Part shown: positions 55,083 through 64,000 of the stretch, piece after piece
Numbering within the stretch: the stretch's first letter is position 1
Layout of the letters: the number at the start of each line of letters is the position of its first letter
Source: Terriglobia bacterium
GTDB taxonomy: Bacteria > Acidobacteriota > Terriglobia > Bryobacterales > Bryobacteraceae
DNA: 64,000 bases
NCBI GenBank assembly: GCA_963797245.1
Contig: CAWCPE010000016.1
Span: 69,912-133,911, forward strand
Direction: 5' to 3'
Position numbers and translations under genes: made by a program
The notes under the pieces: generated by a model
What the model was told of the DNA's origin: nothing
Database searches by the model: none
The model's input: the letters and a program-made list of their open reading frames with translations, nothing else

Positions 55083-57389
55083 ATGCGTTTAAATCCATAT
55101 TTAGCGTTCCTGTTCCTGATGGCGTCGGCTGCATGGGCCCAGCCGCCCGCCGCTCCGCCGCCGCAGCCTCCCGCGGCGCAACCGGTTCCTCCACCTGCCA
55201 CGCCGCAAGCGCCCGCCACCGCGCCGCAGGCGCCCGCCGGACCGGTGCAGATGGGCGGTTTGAATCTGCAGAACGTCTCGCTCACCGAGGTGATCGATCA
55301 GCTCGCCAAGCAACTGCACCTCAACTACATCATCGACCCCACCATTGCCAAAGCCGGCGTGACGATGAACACCTACGGCGATCCTCGAACGCTGGACGCG
55401 CGCAATTTGCTCGAGCAGATCCTTCGCATCAACGGACTTGGGATGGTGGAAGCCGGCGGTTTGTACCGCATCGTTCCATTGAAGGAAATTTCGCATCAGC
55501 CGCTGCCTCTCCAGCGGGAATTGAACGGCCAGGCGATCCCGGACGACGACCAGCTCATGCTGAACGTCATCTTCCTCAAGTACGTCTCAGTGGAGGAACT
55601 GTCCAAGGTGCTGAGCGAGTTCATCGGCGAAAACGCGCAGTTGATCACCTACGCGCCGGCTAACCTTCTGTTCATCCTCGACAGCCGGCGTAACATGCGC
55701 CGCACCATGGATCTGATCAGCCAGTTCGACAGCGACGCCTTTGTAAATCAGCGCGTGCATATCTTCGAGGTGCACAACGCCCGGCCTTCGGACCTGGTGA
55801 AGGACCTCGACAGTATCCTGAAATCGATTTCGCTCGATTCAAAGACCGGCACGGTCCGGTTTCTTCCGGTCGACCGCATCAACGAACTGATCGCCGTCGC
55901 GCCGAATCCAGGCGTGTTCACCACCATCGACCAATGGTTGTCGAAGCTCGACGTCCCTGTGAAGATCACGGCGGGAGCCACCGAAAATTACGTTTATCGC
56001 GTCAAGTACGGCCAGGCGCCGTGCCTGGCGCTGGCGCTCGGCGAGCTGTTCGGCAACTCGGCGAGCCGCGGGTACGGCGGTGGGTACGGGGGCTCTCCAT
56101 ACGGAGGCTCGGGCGGCGGTTATGGCGGCGGCTACGGCGGCGGTTATGGCGGGGGTTACCAATCATCGCCTTACGGCGGAGGGTATGGCGGCGGTTACCA
56201 GTCGTCGCCCTATGGCGGCGGATACGGCGGAGGTTTCGGAGGTGGAAGCAATCCCGGCGGCTACGGAAACGCGACCGGTTTCTCATCCCAATTCGGGGGC
56301 CAGGGCGCCTGCGCCGGCGGCGGATATGGCGGTCAGCAACAGGGTTACGGAGCACCCGCTTTTGGCGGATATTCGGCGCAGTACCCGGCCGGCAATCCCC
56401 TGGGCGCCACCGGGCAGACGTTGGGCGCCGCTCAGCCGAATGCGCTTGGCGGGGTTGGCGCGCAACTTGGAACGGCGGGAACACCGGGCGCCCCGGTGGT
56501 GAGGCCTCCGCGCATCGTCCCCAACCCGCTCGATAACGCACTGCTGATCCAGGCCGACGCCCAGCAGTATCAGGGCATTATGAAGATGCTCAAGGAACTG
56601 GATATTCCCCCTCGCCAGATTCTGCTCGAAGCCAAGATTTACGAAGTAGATCTCACCGACCAGTTCGCCGCGGGCGTGACCTACAATCTTCAGCAAGCCA
56701 GCGGTCCCGTCGCCAAACCCACCGCGATTCTCGATGCGACCGGCCTCGGGACCTTCAACGTCGGCACACTGGTAGGCAGCAGCCGCGCGCTCCTCGCGCA
56801 ACTTACCTTGAATGAAAACCGCTCCCACGTCCACATGGTGTCCGAACCGAGCCTGATCGCCACCGACAGCATTCCGGCGTCGATCAACGTGGGCGACCAG
56901 GTTCCGGTCACCACCGGGACCACCGTCATTCCCTCGGGCGGCAACGTGGTCTCTTCGCAAAGCATCTCTTCGCAGAATACCGGCGTGACGCTCCAGGTGA
57001 ACGCGCGCGTGGCGCCGAGCGGCGTGGTCACGCTTTACATCGGCCAGCAGATCAGCGCGATCGATGGCAGTGTTAATACCGGTACCGGCACGCCGGCCTT
57101 CAGCCAGCAGGTGGTCCAGACGCAGATTACTTTGATGGATGGCGATACCATCGCCATCGGCGGGACGATTTCCGATTCAGTCACCGACTCGGTCACCGGC
57201 ATTCCCGGGCTGGTGAATCTGCCCTGGATCGGCGCATTGTTCGGGCAGAAAACCAAGGTGCACTCGCGGACCGAACTGATCATGTTCATGACGCCGCACG
57301 TCATCCTCGACGAGACCAACCTGATCGAGGCGAGCGACGAATTGAAAGCCCGCGTCAAGATGCTGCGCCGCTACATCCGTGGCGAGTGA
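55083..57389 (+). CDS. gspD: Secretin GspD with large Gly/Tyr-rich insertion
   Basis: Signal peptide and Pro-rich stretch. N0/N1-like blocks (LNLQNVSLTEVIDQLAKQLHLNYIID). Secretin core (ILLEAKIYEVDL...SEPSLIATDSIPASINVGDQVP...TGIPGLVNLPWIGALFG...ELIMFMTPHVI). Confidence 0.9.
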   Translation: MRLNPYLAFLFLMASAAWAQPPAAPPPQPPAAQPVPPPATPQAPATAPQAPAGPVQMGGLNLQNVSLTEVIDQLAKQLHLNYIIDPTIAKAGVTMNTYGDPRTLDARNLLEQILRINGLGMVEAGGLYRIVPLKEISHQPLPLQRELNGQAIPDDDQLMLNVIFLKYVSVEELSKVLSEFIGENAQLITYAPANLLFILDSRRNMRRTMDLISQFDSDAFVNQRVHIFEVHNARPSDLVKDLDSILKSISLDSKTGTVRFLPVDRINELIAVAPNPGVFTTIDQWLSKLDVPVKITAGATENYVYRVKYGQAPCLALALGELFGNSASRGYGGGYGGSPYGGSGGGYGGGYGGGYGGGYQSSPYGGGYGGGYQSSPYGGGYGGGFGGGSNPGGYGNATGFSSQFGGQGACAGGGYGGQQQGYGAPAFGGYSAQYPAGNPLGATGQTLGAAQPNALGGVGAQLGTAGTPGAPVVRPPRIVPNPLDNALLIQADAQQYQGIMKMLKELDIPPRQILLEAKIYEVDLTDQFAAGVTYNLQQASGPVAKPTAILDATGLGTFNVGTLVGSSRALLAQLTLNENRSHVHMVSEPSLIATDSIPASINVGDQVPVTTGTTVIPSGGNVVSSQSISSQNTGVTLQVNARVAPSGVVTLYIGQQISAIDGSVNTGTGTPAFSQQVVQTQITLMDGDTIAIGGTISDSVTDSVTGIPGLVNLPWIGALFGQKTKVHSRTELIMFMTPHVILDETNLIEASDELKARVKMLRRYIRGE

Positions 57390-57571
57390 GGCAGACAGTG
57401 TACCGCCGGGTGCTTTTTCACCCCGTTCCAATGCTTCAATTCCCCATTCGACCGCAAATATACTCCATTCGCTGATGCGGCTTGACTTAGAGGTGTCCCG
57501 CATGGTCGAATGTTAACGCTGCGTCAGGGGACTTCGCAAGCTGTTCCAATGGCGCAACTGCAACTTTTTGC

Positions 57572-57601
57572 TTGACTTGAATCGCCTTAGGGTGGTATGA
57601 A
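57572..57601 (+). promoter_or_regulatory. Candidate sigma70-like promoter for the 774-aa secreted protein gene
   Basis: TTGACT (57572-57577), 18-nt spacer, TATGAA (57596-57601), within an AT-richer 485-bp intergenic region. A second GCTTGACTT motif lies at 57481-57489. Confidence 0.25.
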
Positions 57602-57874
57602 TAACTGACTGCGTCCAGGGTGTAACAGATAAGCAGTTTTAAGTGCGGCATTCATGACCGTGGATCCCGCGAGCACAAATGGGAAAAAGAGAAGAGAAGT
57701 CTTTAATGAGCTTTGTAGGAAAGCAGTCGAGCGGAGATCAGCCAAGTGTGAAGTCCGGCTGGAGGGAAGCTCGGGTTCCCGAGGTTAAAGCCAAGGGGAT
57801 TGTGTAGATTGAGGCTCAGGTTGAAAAAGAGAACTTCCATCAATTCAATTCCAAGAACTCACAAGGAGAAGGAA

Positions 57875-60199
57875 ATGGCAGATTTTCGCAAATGGTTTTA
57901 TGCGTTCGCCTTCGTGGCCCTCATCGTAGGGCTCACGGCTCCGGCCAACGCACAAGTCACGCCGTTTACCTGCAGCGCGCAAGCCGGCGTCACGCCGACC
58001 GTACGCGTTGAGGGGTATACGGAACTGGTCGGCGACCTCGTGCTCGGTTGCAGCGGCGGAACGCCGACAACATCCGGCGCGATCGTCCCGGGCGTCGACA
58101 TTACAATTGTTCTCAACACGAACATCACCAGCAAGCTGACCGCGGGCACGTTTGAAGAAGCCCTGCTCATCATTGATGAGCCGAACGCTCCTGGTCCGAA
58201 CTCCAACCGCCCGATCCTGAATTGCGGCGCGTCGGGAGCTCCGGATAGCAGCGCTTCGTCGGGCCCCGGCGTCTGCGCGATCTTCAGCGATGGCAACCCG
58301 GCTGACACCTACGGTGGTGAGTCTAGTGTGGTTGGCACGGCAGGTGGAACGCCTGCAGCGCCTGCCTCCGTGGCTTGCGGCGCGGCGGGTTCGCCGGCGA
58401 CCGTCACCAGCACGGGCAGCTTCGGCTGCGGCCGTCCGAACGTGTTCCAGGGCCGTGAAGGCACGGTCTTCAATCCGGGTCAGTACAACGCTGTGACTTT
58501 CAATGGCGTACCGATCGATCCTCCGGGCACCGGCACCACGCGTACGCTTCGTTTCACGAACGTCCGCGCTGACGCTGAATTCCTGCAGGTTTCCTCCACC
58601 TTCACGCCGCAGACGATTACGATGAGCGTTTCGACCAACGGTCAGACCTCCATCGGCATCAACATCTCGCAGCAGGTGGTCGCGATCATCGCGCATGGCT
58701 TGGTTGTCCTGAACGACGGTCACGGAGACATCTCCCTGCCCCGTCTGAATTTCGTCCAGTGTACGAGTGAGAATCCAAAACTCGCATCGACGAACACAGG
58801 CTCAATTGCAAGTTCGAGTACGGGGTCGTTCGGCGGAAACACTCAGCTTCTCGGAAGCTCGGTGCCAGCTCTGGACGCCTTCCCGACCATAAGTCTACAG
58901 GAAGGGTTCGCGAACTCCTGGAAGCCCAAGAACGTGAACTACTACATCAGTAACGGTAGTCCGAACTTGGCTGGCCAAGGCTACGGCTACAACACCGGTG
59001 CCGATCCGACGATTGTTCCCACCTCTGACTTAGCTCAGAACGTACCGGGTGCGATCTACAACACGGAATCCGGCTTCGAGTTCCCGTCGCTCGCTTCGGT
59101 CCCGGCGCCCAATCCTCCGGTTGGCGTAGGAACCACTGCAGTTACGGGTTCGACAGGCTTGGGGGCGCAGGCGTTCAACGACGCTGCGGGAACCGGCATC
59201 GTGAATGCTGGTAGCGCGACGCAAGGCACACGTCTCGCGTTAAGCCTCAGCAACGTTCCGCAGGGCTCGTTTGTTTGGGTTCAGCCGACTCTGTACCTCT
59301 ATCGCATCGGCGCTCCGACCGGTACGAACTCGATCACTCCTGGCGCCAACACTAGCGGTGTGATGGTTCTCACCTCGACCGATGCACAGGGCGATACCGC
59401 AATCAATCCGACCCCCGCAGCCGGCACCACCAGCCTGGTGCAGGTCTCCGGCGGTCTGGCGGTTTGGGAAGTCCTCTTCGCGGATGCTTCGGCGACCGAA
59501 GAAGTCGACATCCCGCTGATCGTTTCCTACGTGTCCCAACTGTCCGCCAACCTGCCGGCTGGTTTGCCTGCTCCGAACCAGATTGCTCAGGTGACGGCCG
59601 GCTTCGCTCCGTTCTACGGTGGCAGCTTCAGCCCGAATCCGCGTAACCCGACCAGCACCTCGGCGCTGCCGGTTCCGCGCTTCGTGCCGGGCAACGCTCC
59701 GCTGAACGCGTTCGAAATCGACAAGTGCGCTTGCAACCTGCTCTTCCCGTTCGTGACCAATCAGGCCGGGTTTGACACGGGTATCGCAGTCGCCAACACG
59801 ACTCAGGATCCTGGCGCAGCCTTTGGCTTCGACTCCACTGGCCAGCAACAGGGTGCGGTTACCTTCTTCTACTACGGTGTCGGCAATAACGGCGCCGCTG
59901 CTCCTGCTCCGCAGACCAGCGGTATTGTTCCGGCCGGCACGGTCCTGACCTACGACGTCTTCAGCGGTGGTGGTGCGATTGGCAGCGGTGCCAACGGCCT
60001 CAACGCCAGCGCCGCCGGGTTCCAGGGCTACATCATCGCTCAGACGCAATTCCAGTATTGCCATGGATACGCGTTCATCAGCGCTCTCGGAATTGGCCCG
60101 ACGGGTCAAGGAATTTCCGAGGGTTACCTCGGCATCGTGCTCGACAAGTCCCCGACTCTGCCGCGTACGCTGTTCGCTGCTGAAAACGACGCTCACTAA
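57875..60199 (+). CDS. Large secreted protein of unknown function (candidate T2SS cargo or surface protein)
   Basis: ATG at 57875 preceded by AAGGAGAAGGAA. Signal peptide MADFRKWFYAFAFVALIVGLTAPANA. 774 aa, T/S/G/A/N/P-rich, 10 Cys. Strong terminator downstream. Track start 57800 lacks an RBS. Confidence 0.8.
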   Translation: MADFRKWFYAFAFVALIVGLTAPANAQVTPFTCSAQAGVTPTVRVEGYTELVGDLVLGCSGGTPTTSGAIVPGVDITIVLNTNITSKLTAGTFEEALLIIDEPNAPGPNSNRPILNCGASGAPDSSASSGPGVCAIFSDGNPADTYGGESSVVGTAGGTPAAPASVACGAAGSPATVTSTGSFGCGRPNVFQGREGTVFNPGQYNAVTFNGVPIDPPGTGTTRTLRFTNVRADAEFLQVSSTFTPQTITMSVSTNGQTSIGINISQQVVAIIAHGLVVLNDGHGDISLPRLNFVQCTSENPKLASTNTGSIASSSTGSFGGNTQLLGSSVPALDAFPTISLQEGFANSWKPKNVNYYISNGSPNLAGQGYGYNTGADPTIVPTSDLAQNVPGAIYNTESGFEFPSLASVPAPNPPVGVGTTAVTGSTGLGAQAFNDAAGTGIVNAGSATQGTRLALSLSNVPQGSFVWVQPTLYLYRIGAPTGTNSITPGANTSGVMVLTSTDAQGDTAINPTPAAGTTSLVQVSGGLAVWEVLFADASATEEVDIPLIVSYVSQLSANLPAGLPAPNQIAQVTAGFAPFYGGSFSPNPRNPTSTSALPVPRFVPGNAPLNAFEIDKCACNLLFPFVTNQAGFDTGIAVANTTQDPGAAFGFDSTGQQQGAVTFFYYGVGNNGAAAPAPQTSGIVPAGTVLTYDVFSGGGAIGSGANGLNASAAGFQGYIIAQTQFQYCHGYAFISALGIGPTGQGISEGYLGIVLDKSPTLPRTLFAAENDAH

Positions 60200-60229
60200 A
60201 CTGAGTCGTTGTTGACCCGCTGTTCGCGG

Positions 60230-60264
60230 AAGGGAGGGGCTTCGGCTCCTCCCTTTTGCCTTTT
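60230..60264 (+). terminator. Rho-independent terminator
   Basis: AAGGGAGGGGC-TTCG-GCTCCTCCCTT stem-loop (one mismatch) followed by TTGCCTTTTG. Confidence 0.75.
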
Positions 60265-60366
60265 GCGCGACAATTTTCTTCCCACTTTTCCCCTATCCTT
60301 TCCTGCCGGCAGTGTGTTATGCTACGTATCTGCCCGCGTCCATCTCGCTCCCGAGAGGTTTCTTCA

Positions 60367-63300
60367 ATGTTGAATCGATCGTTTTCACTCGCAGTGTTGG
60401 TGTGCATCGCCGCGAGCATAGCTGCCCTTGGGCAAAATCAGGGCGCTGAATACCTATTCCAACTGCCCGGTTCTTCCACCAGCCCGCAGTTCGTCCCGTA
60501 TAATGCGCTGGCGAATCCGCTAGCGCCGCTGACCAACACTTCGGGTCCCAACGGGATAAACGGCGTCCTCGCCACGCCGAACGGGAGCCAGTTTTACCTG
60601 GTTGGTTCCAGTGCGATCCAGGCGGTGAACTCGAGCTTCCAGAATGCCACCGGCATCGTTCTCACGGAGCCGAGCGGCCTTACTCCCACCATCACGGCGG
60701 CCACGGTGACTCCCAACGGCGAGTATCTTCTGGTCGGAACTGTCGATTCGGCGAACGCGAGCTACCTCTTCGCCATCAACACGTCTACGAATCAGGCGCT
60801 GACCGGGACGGGGTTCCCGATTCAATTGGGCGGAGTGCCGGGCCCTTACATAATTTCGCAAACCGCCCCCTGCCCAGGTTGTTGGATCACGATCAGCCGG
60901 GATTCGAGCACGGCTTACATCCTTGAGAATTCGATTTTCGGCGGCAACACGCAAGTCGTGGAATACAATCTCAAGACGTTTCAGAAAGTCGGATACGCCG
61001 TTCCCGTGTCAGGTCAAGGAGCGGGCTTCGCGGGAGCCGGAAACGCTTTGACGCTGTCTCCGCAGAACCTTCTTTATCTGGCGGCGAACAACGTCATCAC
61101 CGTGATTGACCCGGTGGCGCTGGTTCAGGTCGGGAACAGCATCGCGCTTGGTGGATTCGATTGCAGCCAGCTTGAATTCACACCGGACGGGACTACGGCT
61201 TATGCCATCAATCAGTCGCCGCGAGGATCAGGCGCCGCTTCCCTGCTGGCGCTCACCATCTCCTCGGAAACGGTTTCGTACTGGCCCACCCTCAGCTCTC
61301 AGACCGGCCCTCAGCTTTCGTCCGTGTTTGTAGGCGGGAATAACAACTGCGCCAGTGGACGCTGTATTTTCGCGTACGCATCCCCCGCTGCTCAGAACTC
61401 GACCACCGGGACGTTCTACGACGTCACTCCGGCCACTTCGGGCCTGAGTGTCTCCGTGAGCCAACCGAGCCCGACCCTCGCCACGGCGATCTCCTTGCCG
61501 GGCGCACCGTGTCAAGGCGCCGTCAGCGTCGCCAACTGTGTCCTGGCAGCCACTGTCTCGAATGAGCTTCCGGCATCCAACTACATTTACGTGCTGATTG
61601 CCAACGGCACCCAGCCTTATCTGGACCGCATCAGCATTGCCACGGACACCATCAGCGTTGAAAACGGCTCACCGGCGCTTACCACCGGAAACATGCAGTT
61701 CGTCAGTGTTCCCGTGCAGGGCACCGCGACGCAGTTCATCACCTTCAACAACATTCAGACCGTGAATCCCGGGGCGACATCCTTACCACTGATTGCGCGC
61801 GCCATCGGCGCCGGGGGACTGCCGGTGTATAACACGCCAGGCACGTTCAGCGTACTCTCCACCTCCGGCCTGGTCATCAACACCCCGAGCTTCACCACCG
61901 GCGCGGATGGATATGCGCAAACCACCGTCAGCGTCCCCACTGCCGGCGCCACATGCCCCAGCGGAGTCTGCACTGTCACGCTGACTCTGGGCGGATCCAC
62001 CACCACTTTCTCCATTAACGTTCCCGGTTCCGGCGGAGTCTGCACCGTTAATTGCGGTACCTCAGGGAACTCATCGCCCCAAGTGATCATCACCAGCGGT
62101 CAGGGACAACTCGTTCCGATCGGCAACCCCGCTCAGCTCCCGCTTTCGGTCGAAATCACCGATACCAACGGAAATCCTCTGGCGAATCAGACCGTCTCCT
62201 TCGCGGTCACTTCCGGAAACGGGCAGATCAATTACACCAGCGTTATCACGGACAGCACTGGGACAGCCTCCACGTATTATTTTGCTGAAACCATCTCCGC
62301 CTCATACTCCTTTGAGACCGATGTGGTGGTCGCAAGCGCACCGCAGGGCAGCGCTACCTTCTACGAGACCGCGTATGCGAACCCGGAGGTGCCGCCAGGC
62401 GCTTCGGGTATCCAGGTGGAACTCCTCACTCCCGTGCCTGGCCAAGTTATTCAGGTAAGTCCCGGAGTCCCAGCCACCAACGCCGTCCAGGCATCCATCT
62501 CCACTGTCCCGTTCAACGGCTACGCCAGCACGCCCATCCCAGACGTGAGCATTGCTTTTGCGAACGCAACCAACCCCGGCACCCCGGCCCCGGTCAGTTG
62601 TCAGGGTAACCCGCTATCCGACCCCGTCTACGGTATCGTTTCGTGCACGGTCGTAACCACCTGCGCCACGGCGCCCGGAACGTATGGCCTCGCCGTTCTG
62701 ATCGGCGGCCAAGGTCCTATTAACCAAGGCGAAGTCCAGGTTGGCGCGGGCGGAGGCGGAGCTTCACAGATTGCCATCACCTCCGGCAACAACCAGAGTG
62801 GCAGCGCAGGACAGCGCGCCGCGCTTCCCCTCATCGCTACGCTGACCAGTTTCTGCGGCAGTCCCGTGGTCGGCACGGCGGTTACCTGGAGTGTCACGCA
62901 GGGCTCTGCGACGCTGGCGAGCTCCAGCTCGACCTCCAACGTCGTGGGCCAGGTCTCAAACACTATTACTTTTGGTCAAACTCCCGGCCAGATCACCGTC
63001 ACCGCCACCATCACTGGCGGAGCCTCGGTCAGCTTCACTCTGACCAACAGCGTGGTGGTCTCCGGCATCAAGCAGGTCAGCGGCACCGGCCAAACGGCCA
63101 CGGTCAGCCAGGGATTCGCGAGTCCTCTGGCCGTCTCGGTGTTCGACAATAACAACAACCCGGTCTCCGGCCTCGCCGTGACCTTCACTGTCACGTCGGG
63201 TAGCGCCACCGTCAATCCAGCATCGACGAATACCGGCGCGAATGGCCAGGCTCAAACCAGCGTCACTGCGGGAACGGTTGCCGGCCCGGTCACCGTCACG

Positions 63301-64000
63301 GCGTCTATTACGGGCGGCTACACCACTGTATTCAACCTCACGGTAATCCCGGCCGGCCCGGTCGTCAGTGCGACCAGCTTCGTGAATGCCGCGAGTTCCG
63401 TCGCCGGTCTGGTTCCGTGCGGTCTTGCAACGGTTACCGGTACGGGACTGGCGGCCGGTATTCAAGGAGTCGTTTCCGGACTGAGTCCCTTCGGGCCGTT
63501 ACCCTATACCCTCGCCAATCTCAGCATGACGATCAACGGCGTGCCGGCCCCGATCGAAGCCGTGGCCAATCAGAACGGCGTACAACAGGTTAATTTCCAA
63601 ACGCCGTGTGAAACGGCCGGGAGCACCACCGCCACGGTGGCCATCACCATCGGCTCCGCGCCGGCCACCACCATCAGCGGCGTTCCGGTGCTCGCGGCGC
63701 AACCCGGCATCTTCACTTACGCCGGACCCAACAACCTGCCGTACGGCGCCGTGATCAGCGCGGCGAACGGCAGCTACGTCACTCCCTCGAACCTCGCGCA
63801 GCGAGGCCAAACCTATTACATTGTTTTGACGGGTCTCGGACAAACCAATCCGCCCTTGACCACCAATAGCGCCGGGATCGCGGGTGAAAACGTCGTTCCG
63901 ACGCTCATTGTAGGAGTCAACAACTCCGGTGTGGCGGTGGTATCGGCCTACGCGCTGCCTGACCAGATCGGCGTCTATCTGGTCGGCTTCCAGATACCCA
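60367..64000 (+). CDS. Very large secreted protein with Big_1-like Ig repeats and Soli_cterm-like C-terminal domain; 3' end beyond window
   Basis: Absent from the track (open to the window end). I translated the whole frame from ATG 60367 manually without meeting a stop. Signal peptide MLNRSFSLAVLVCIAASIAALGQ. Repeated ...TDTNGNPLANQTVSFAVTSGNG.../...VFDNNNNPVSGLAVTFTVTSGSATV... modules. The C-terminal part (PVVSATSFVNAAS...QPGIFTY...LTGLGQTNPP...VYLVGFQIP) resembles TIGR03437. Confidence 0.8.
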   Translation, partial: MLNRSFSLAVLVCIAASIAALGQNQGAEYLFQLPGSSTSPQFVPYNALANPLAPLTNTSGPNGINGVLATPNGSQFYLVGSSAIQAVNSSFQNATGIVLTEPSGLTPTITAATVTPNGEYLLVGTVDSANASYLFAINTSTNQALTGTGFPIQLGGVPGPYIISQTAPCPGCWITISRDSSTAYILENSIFGGNTQVVEYNLKTFQKVGYAVPVSGQGAGFAGAGNALTLSPQNLLYLAANNVITVIDPVALVQVGNSIALGGFDCSQLEFTPDGTTAYAINQSPRGSGAASLLALTISSETVSYWPTLSSQTGPQLSSVFVGGNNNCASGRCIFAYASPAAQNSTTGTFYDVTPATSGLSVSVSQPSPTLATAISLPGAPCQGAVSVANCVLAATVSNELPASNYIYVLIANGTQPYLDRISIATDTISVENGSPALTTGNMQFVSVPVQGTATQFITFNNIQTVNPGATSLPLIARAIGAGGLPVYNTPGTFSVLSTSGLVINTPSFTTGADGYAQTTVSVPTAGATCPSGVCTVTLTLGGSTTTFSINVPGSGGVCTVNCGTSGNSSPQVIITSGQGQLVPIGNPAQLPLSVEITDTNGNPLANQTVSFAVTSGNGQINYTSVITDSTGTASTYYFAETISASYSFETDVVVASAPQGSATFYETAYANPEVPPGASGIQVELLTPVPGQVIQVSPGVPATNAVQASISTVPFNGYASTPIPDVSIAFANATNPGTPAPVSCQGNPLSDPVYGIVSCTVVTTCATAPGTYGLAVLIGGQGPINQGEVQVGAGGGGASQIAITSGNNQSGSAGQRAALPLIATLTSFCGSPVVGTAVTWSVTQGSATLASSSSTSNVVGQVSNTITFGQTPGQITVTATITGGASVSFTLTNSVVVSGIKQVSGTGQTATVSQGFASPLAVSVFDNNNNPVSGLAVTFTVTSGSATVNPASTNTGANGQAQTSVTAGTVAGPVTVTASITGGYTTVFNLTVIPAGPVVSATSFVNAASSVAGLVPCGLATVTGTGLAAGIQGVVSGLSPFGPLPYTLANLSMTINGVPAPIEAVANQNGVQQVNFQTPCETAGSTTATVAITIGSAPATTISGVPVLAAQPGIFTYAGPNNLPYGAVISAANGSYVTPSNLAQRGQTYYIVLTGLGQTNPPLTTNSAGIAGENVVPTLIVGVNNSGVAVVSAYALPDQIGVYLVGFQIP

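Noticed and set aside
55934-56541. Alternative-frame ORFs across the secretin GY-rich region (55934-56536 +, 56002-56541 -, 56080-56502 +)
   Set aside because: Simple-repeat DNA is open in several frames. These frames give R/W-rich nonsense, and the secretin frame is continuous with conserved flanks.
46197-57389. Interpreting the cluster as a type IVa pilus locus
   Set aside because: GspK, the GspG signature (DPWG.PY.Y...GADG) and GspH/I/J-like minor pseudopilins are present, while PilT/PilU and a PilA-type major pilin are absent. This favours a T2SS, although the last four genes follow pilMNOPQ order.

Overview
High-GC (~60%+) bacterial chromosome segment. ADOP-type duplicated permeases, CarboxypepD_reg-type TonB receptors and a Soli_cterm-like C-terminal domain suggest Acidobacteriota, possibly Solibacter/Bryobacter-like; this placement is inference. 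About 50 protein genes and one tRNA-Pro(CGG) are supported. I saw no rRNA, CRISPR array, transposase, integrase or phage genes. The first ~46 kb is mixed housekeeping and envelope content: M14 peptidase, glycosyltransferases, a GntR-SPFH operon, a GT4/ABC/VOC/FtsX operon, an orphan TadE-TadE-TadG(vWA) trio, two ECF sigma/anti-sigma modules, IorAB-like molybdoenzyme, DEAD-box helicase, a hybrid histidine kinase, RNase II-family, TonB receptor and HtrA. The main feature is a tightly coupled 11-gene type II secretion-like operon at 46.2-57.4 kb. Its order is gspE-F-G-H-I-J-K, then a PilM/N-like fusion, PilO-like, PilP-like and a secretin. An ECF sigma module precedes it and two very large secreted proteins follow it. 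Three things are unusual in this operon. Structured palindromic repeats from at least five families (other copies elsewhere in the window) sit at four gene junctions. These repeats leave the gspH-like gene without a nearby start codon and place the gspK start inside a repeat arm, and the gspJ-like gene has an apparent +1 frameshift. The secretin carries a ~150-aa Gly/Tyr-rich low-complexity insertion. Also found: a 58-aa hydrophilic protein gene below the ORF-track cutoff, a GntR promoter with an embedded palindromic operator, and two genes open to the window edges that the ORF track omits. All functional calls come from reading motifs by eye; no database search was run.
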